The notes under the pieces: model-generated
Database searches by the model: none
What the model was told of the DNA's origin: nothing
Seen by the model: the letters and a program-made list of their open reading frames with translations, nothing else
Shown: piece by piece, positions 39,066-40,309 of the stretch
Layout: every line of letters begins with the position of its first letter
Numbering within the stretch: the stretch's first letter is position 1
Assembly (NCBI GenBank): GCA_000697335.1
Contig: JNEM01013393.1
Location: 1-40,309 of the forward strand
DNA length: 40,309 bases
Source of the DNA: Conidiobolus incongruus B7586
Lineage: Eukaryota
Reading direction: 5' to 3'
Position numbers and translations under genes: made by a program

Positions 39066-39067
<2 letters not shown>

Positions 39068-39104
<37 letters not shown>
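39068..39104. repeat. (TAA)12 microsatellite
   Basis: Direct reading: taataataat... perfect trinucleotide run. Confidence 0.9.
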
Positions 39105-39105
<1 letters not shown>

Positions 39106-40176
39106 TCATATATTCTATAAAATATATATACCAGGTTTGTAGGATTTCATAATACTTAAACTGTACTAATTTTAATATATTACCAGTTCTCACTGCATAT
39201 TAAAACAAGTAATGTAATCAAGCTAGAATAAGCAATTCAAGTATAAAGAACATAAATATTCTTTAATATATATTGAATGCTTATTATCGGCAATACTCTT
39301 TCGATAATTTTCTTGTAATTATAATTGATATATTCTAAAATAAGTTATTAGCAGATTTGGAAGGATATCTGATAATTTTTATATAAGCTATCATATCATT
39401 AATATAGTATTTTTTAAATTTTAGGAAGTTTAGATAAGCTGATAATAAATGAATAGATGTTATATCAAAATAACTTGGTGAAATTCAATAACACAACTGT
39501 TTTAATGATATGTTTATCCTTTATAGGATTAACTTGGATTATTTTTCATAATCATATAGTTATTATTTAATAAATATACCTGCATTCTGTTTACTAAATT
39601 GTTTAATTCTGATTCTTTGAGATTATTAATTTTATCCAAAAAAATAATTTTTAAGATATAAATATTTTCTTTACTAAATAAAGTATTAAATTTGTTTATT
39701 TGAATGATTTAGAAATTTAATTATAGTCAAGTTATGAAATAAATTAAAGAAAATTAATAATATTAAATTAAAAAGAAATATTTAAGTTATTAAAATTCCT
39801 AAAACAACAAAATATTTGTTTAATTATTAAAATCAAATTAATTATTATAATATAATCACTTGGTCTTTAGTATAATAATAAATTCTTTAAGATTTCGGGA
39901 TCCTAAATATTATATTTAAGTTCATTATTAAATACACAACTTAATTTTTTTTCAAGTAATAATTTTATAGTTTTGAAAAACTAAAACTTTCAATAAAATC
40001 CAAAAGGCTATATTTGCTGTTATTTTATATTTAATAATATTATCTGATAAAATTTTAGATAATAGTATATATTACTTGAGAAATAAAAAATGAAAAATTT
40101 TTTAATTTTGGACTTTTAAACTTATTAATTTTAGAAAAAATTATTATAAAATAATTAAGAGAATATAGTTTTAAAA

Positions 40177-40185
40177 TACATATAC

Positions 40186-40239
<54 letters not shown>
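40177..40239. repeat. compound (TA)n-(CA)n-(TA)n microsatellite
   Basis: Direct reading: tacatatacatatatat...tacacacacatatatat... Confidence 0.9.
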
Positions 40240-40244
<5 letters not shown>

Positions 40245-40309
40245 TTTTTTATTCAAAAATCAACTTTTGAAAATTTATTTTTTAATTTAATTATCAAAAG
40301 CTTTTTATT

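Noticed and set aside
38996..39193. 65 aa ORF with poly-Leu that looks like a membrane peptide
   Set aside because: The poly-Leu is simply the (TAA)n microsatellite read on the minus strand.

Overview
Eukaryotic (fungal) genomic DNA with very AT-rich intergenic sequence and short (~47-60 nt) GT-AG introns. This style, together with a secreted chymotrypsin-family protease remnant, fits an early-diverging fungus such as Entomophthorales/Conidiobolus-like; that assignment is inference only. Genes in order: RPS26 (+), RPS13 (-), decayed or unknown coding remnants at ~2.6-5 kb, a small two-TM protein (-), twinfilin (+), a small orphan ORF (+), a Nup1/Nup153-like FG nucleoporin (-), an S1 serine-protease pseudogene (+), an Svf1-like gene (-), then a local expansion of TOK-type two-pore K+ channels (three intact 3-exon copies plus one pseudogene, all +) interleaved with NIF3 (-) and a mitochondrial PDK/BCKDK-family kinase (-). 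The last gene is an intronless, secreted, probably GPI-anchored YcnI/DUF1775-like protein with a mature N-terminal His (histidine-brace type Cu site), from a mainly bacterial family. The most notable items are this YcnI-like protein and the TOK birth-and-death cluster. No rRNA, tRNA, CRISPR or intact transposase was recognised.
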